From the NCBI GenBank assembly GCA_024679065.1, contig JAGIQG010000043.1, positions 1,364,001 to 1,428,000 of the forward strand: a DNA stretch of 64,000 nucleotides, in the 5' to 3' direction. This DNA is from Sphyrna mokarran (lineage: Eukaryota). Positions 63,245 through 64,000 of the stretch are shown in pieces. How positions within the stretch are numbered: the first letter of the stretch is position 1; every line of letters starts with the position of its first letter. Both the position numbers and the translations under genes were made by a program. The notes beneath the pieces are model-generated. The model did not search any database. It saw only the letters and a program-made list of their open reading frames with translations, and was not told the DNA's origin.

Positions 63245-63813
63245 TAGACACAGAGGCAGAGACTCAGGTTGAGACAGAGAATACCGTCTCCCACCAGCGT
63301 TGGCAGGAAGTAAGAAACGAAGCTAAAACTTGGAATGTTTTTCTATAACTCTCTGTCCCTAGCTACATGACAGAAAATGTCAACCACCTCCAATCAATCT
63401 CCATCCAGCAATCCAGGAGATATTGAAACCACATAATTATGCATCAGTTCAAATTAAAATCAACAATTGTTCCACAATCCTGCTGCAGACAACACGATGC
63501 TGAGAAATTGCCAGGAACTGCAAAGACATCTTGCTGAAAAAAAATACAACTAAAATATGTTTCGTAAAGACACAGTATCATCTGAGGATGGGCAATAACG
63601 TTGGCTTAGGCAGCCATGCCAAAAATTATAAATGAAATAAATTGAGACAAATAATCATGTAATCCCTCTTAATGTCAGAGCCGAGGGACAGTGAGGTAAA
63701 TAGTGAGAATAGCATTAACGAGGGCAATACGATTGGACAGCTGTTTCATTCTGAAAAGGAATAAGAATGATTGTATCAAATAATTTATGTCTCATATACT
63801 GTTTATTCTCCAG

Positions 63814-64000
63814 CTGGCTTACCCAAACCTTCCTTGATTCTGGATCCACATTCCGGAATCTTTCTACCAGGAGAAGATTATTCACTCATCTGCCACTTCC
63901 CCCTCACGCGCTGCAATGTGGAATTGTACAAAGATTTCAAGGTCAGAGTCTTGTCCTTGAATGATGCCAACTACACGGCCATCTTCAGGTTTAGTGCGAT
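63814..64000 (+). CDS. LRC-type (LILR/KIR/IGSF1/A1BG-like) C2 Ig domain exon, runs off the window
   Basis: gtttattctccag acceptor, phase 1. Open frame AGLPKPSLILDPHSGIFLPGEDYSLICHFPLTRCNVELYKDFKVRVLSLNDANYTAIFRFSA...; LPKPSL-x-P...GE-x3-L-x-C and LYKD are typical of LRC-family domains. Confidence 0.8.

Overview
Vertebrate genomic DNA, almost certainly from a cartilaginous fish (shark). Evidence: HE1/V-SINE-like SINEs, dense CR1 (HER1-like) LINEs with (TTCTATG)n tails, and a shark type II/lambda Ig light-chain C exon. Most of the window is retroelement debris, and nearly all long ORFs in the track are CR1 ORF1/ORF2 fragments. Reading splice sites by hand reveals an immune-receptor locus among the repeats. 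(1) Minus strand 25406->7383: an 8-exon non-rearranging antigen-receptor-like gene (leader, germline-joined VJ, C1, TM, four cytoplasmic exons ending in VYASL plus a polybasic tail; about 338 aa). It is inactivated by an in-frame stop, loss of the first V-domain Cys and a mutated C1 splice acceptor. (2) Plus strand about 4320-5250: a heavily deleted, inverted remnant of a paralogue of that gene. (3) Plus strand 42712-43035: an Ig light-chain (type II/lambda-like) constant pseudo-exon with no visible VJ partner, and a 53-bp copy of part of it at 41226-41278. (4) Plus strand 46511->64000+: the apparently intact 5' end of an LRC-type (LILR/KIR/IGSF1-like) receptor, with a two-exon leader and the start of a C2-type Ig domain. 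Also present: a Penelope-like insert with a hammerhead-like core, a Rex1/Babar fragment, microsatellites and a 159-N gap. Exon boundaries were read base by base; repeat boundaries are approximate; family names come from recalled motif similarity, not database searches.
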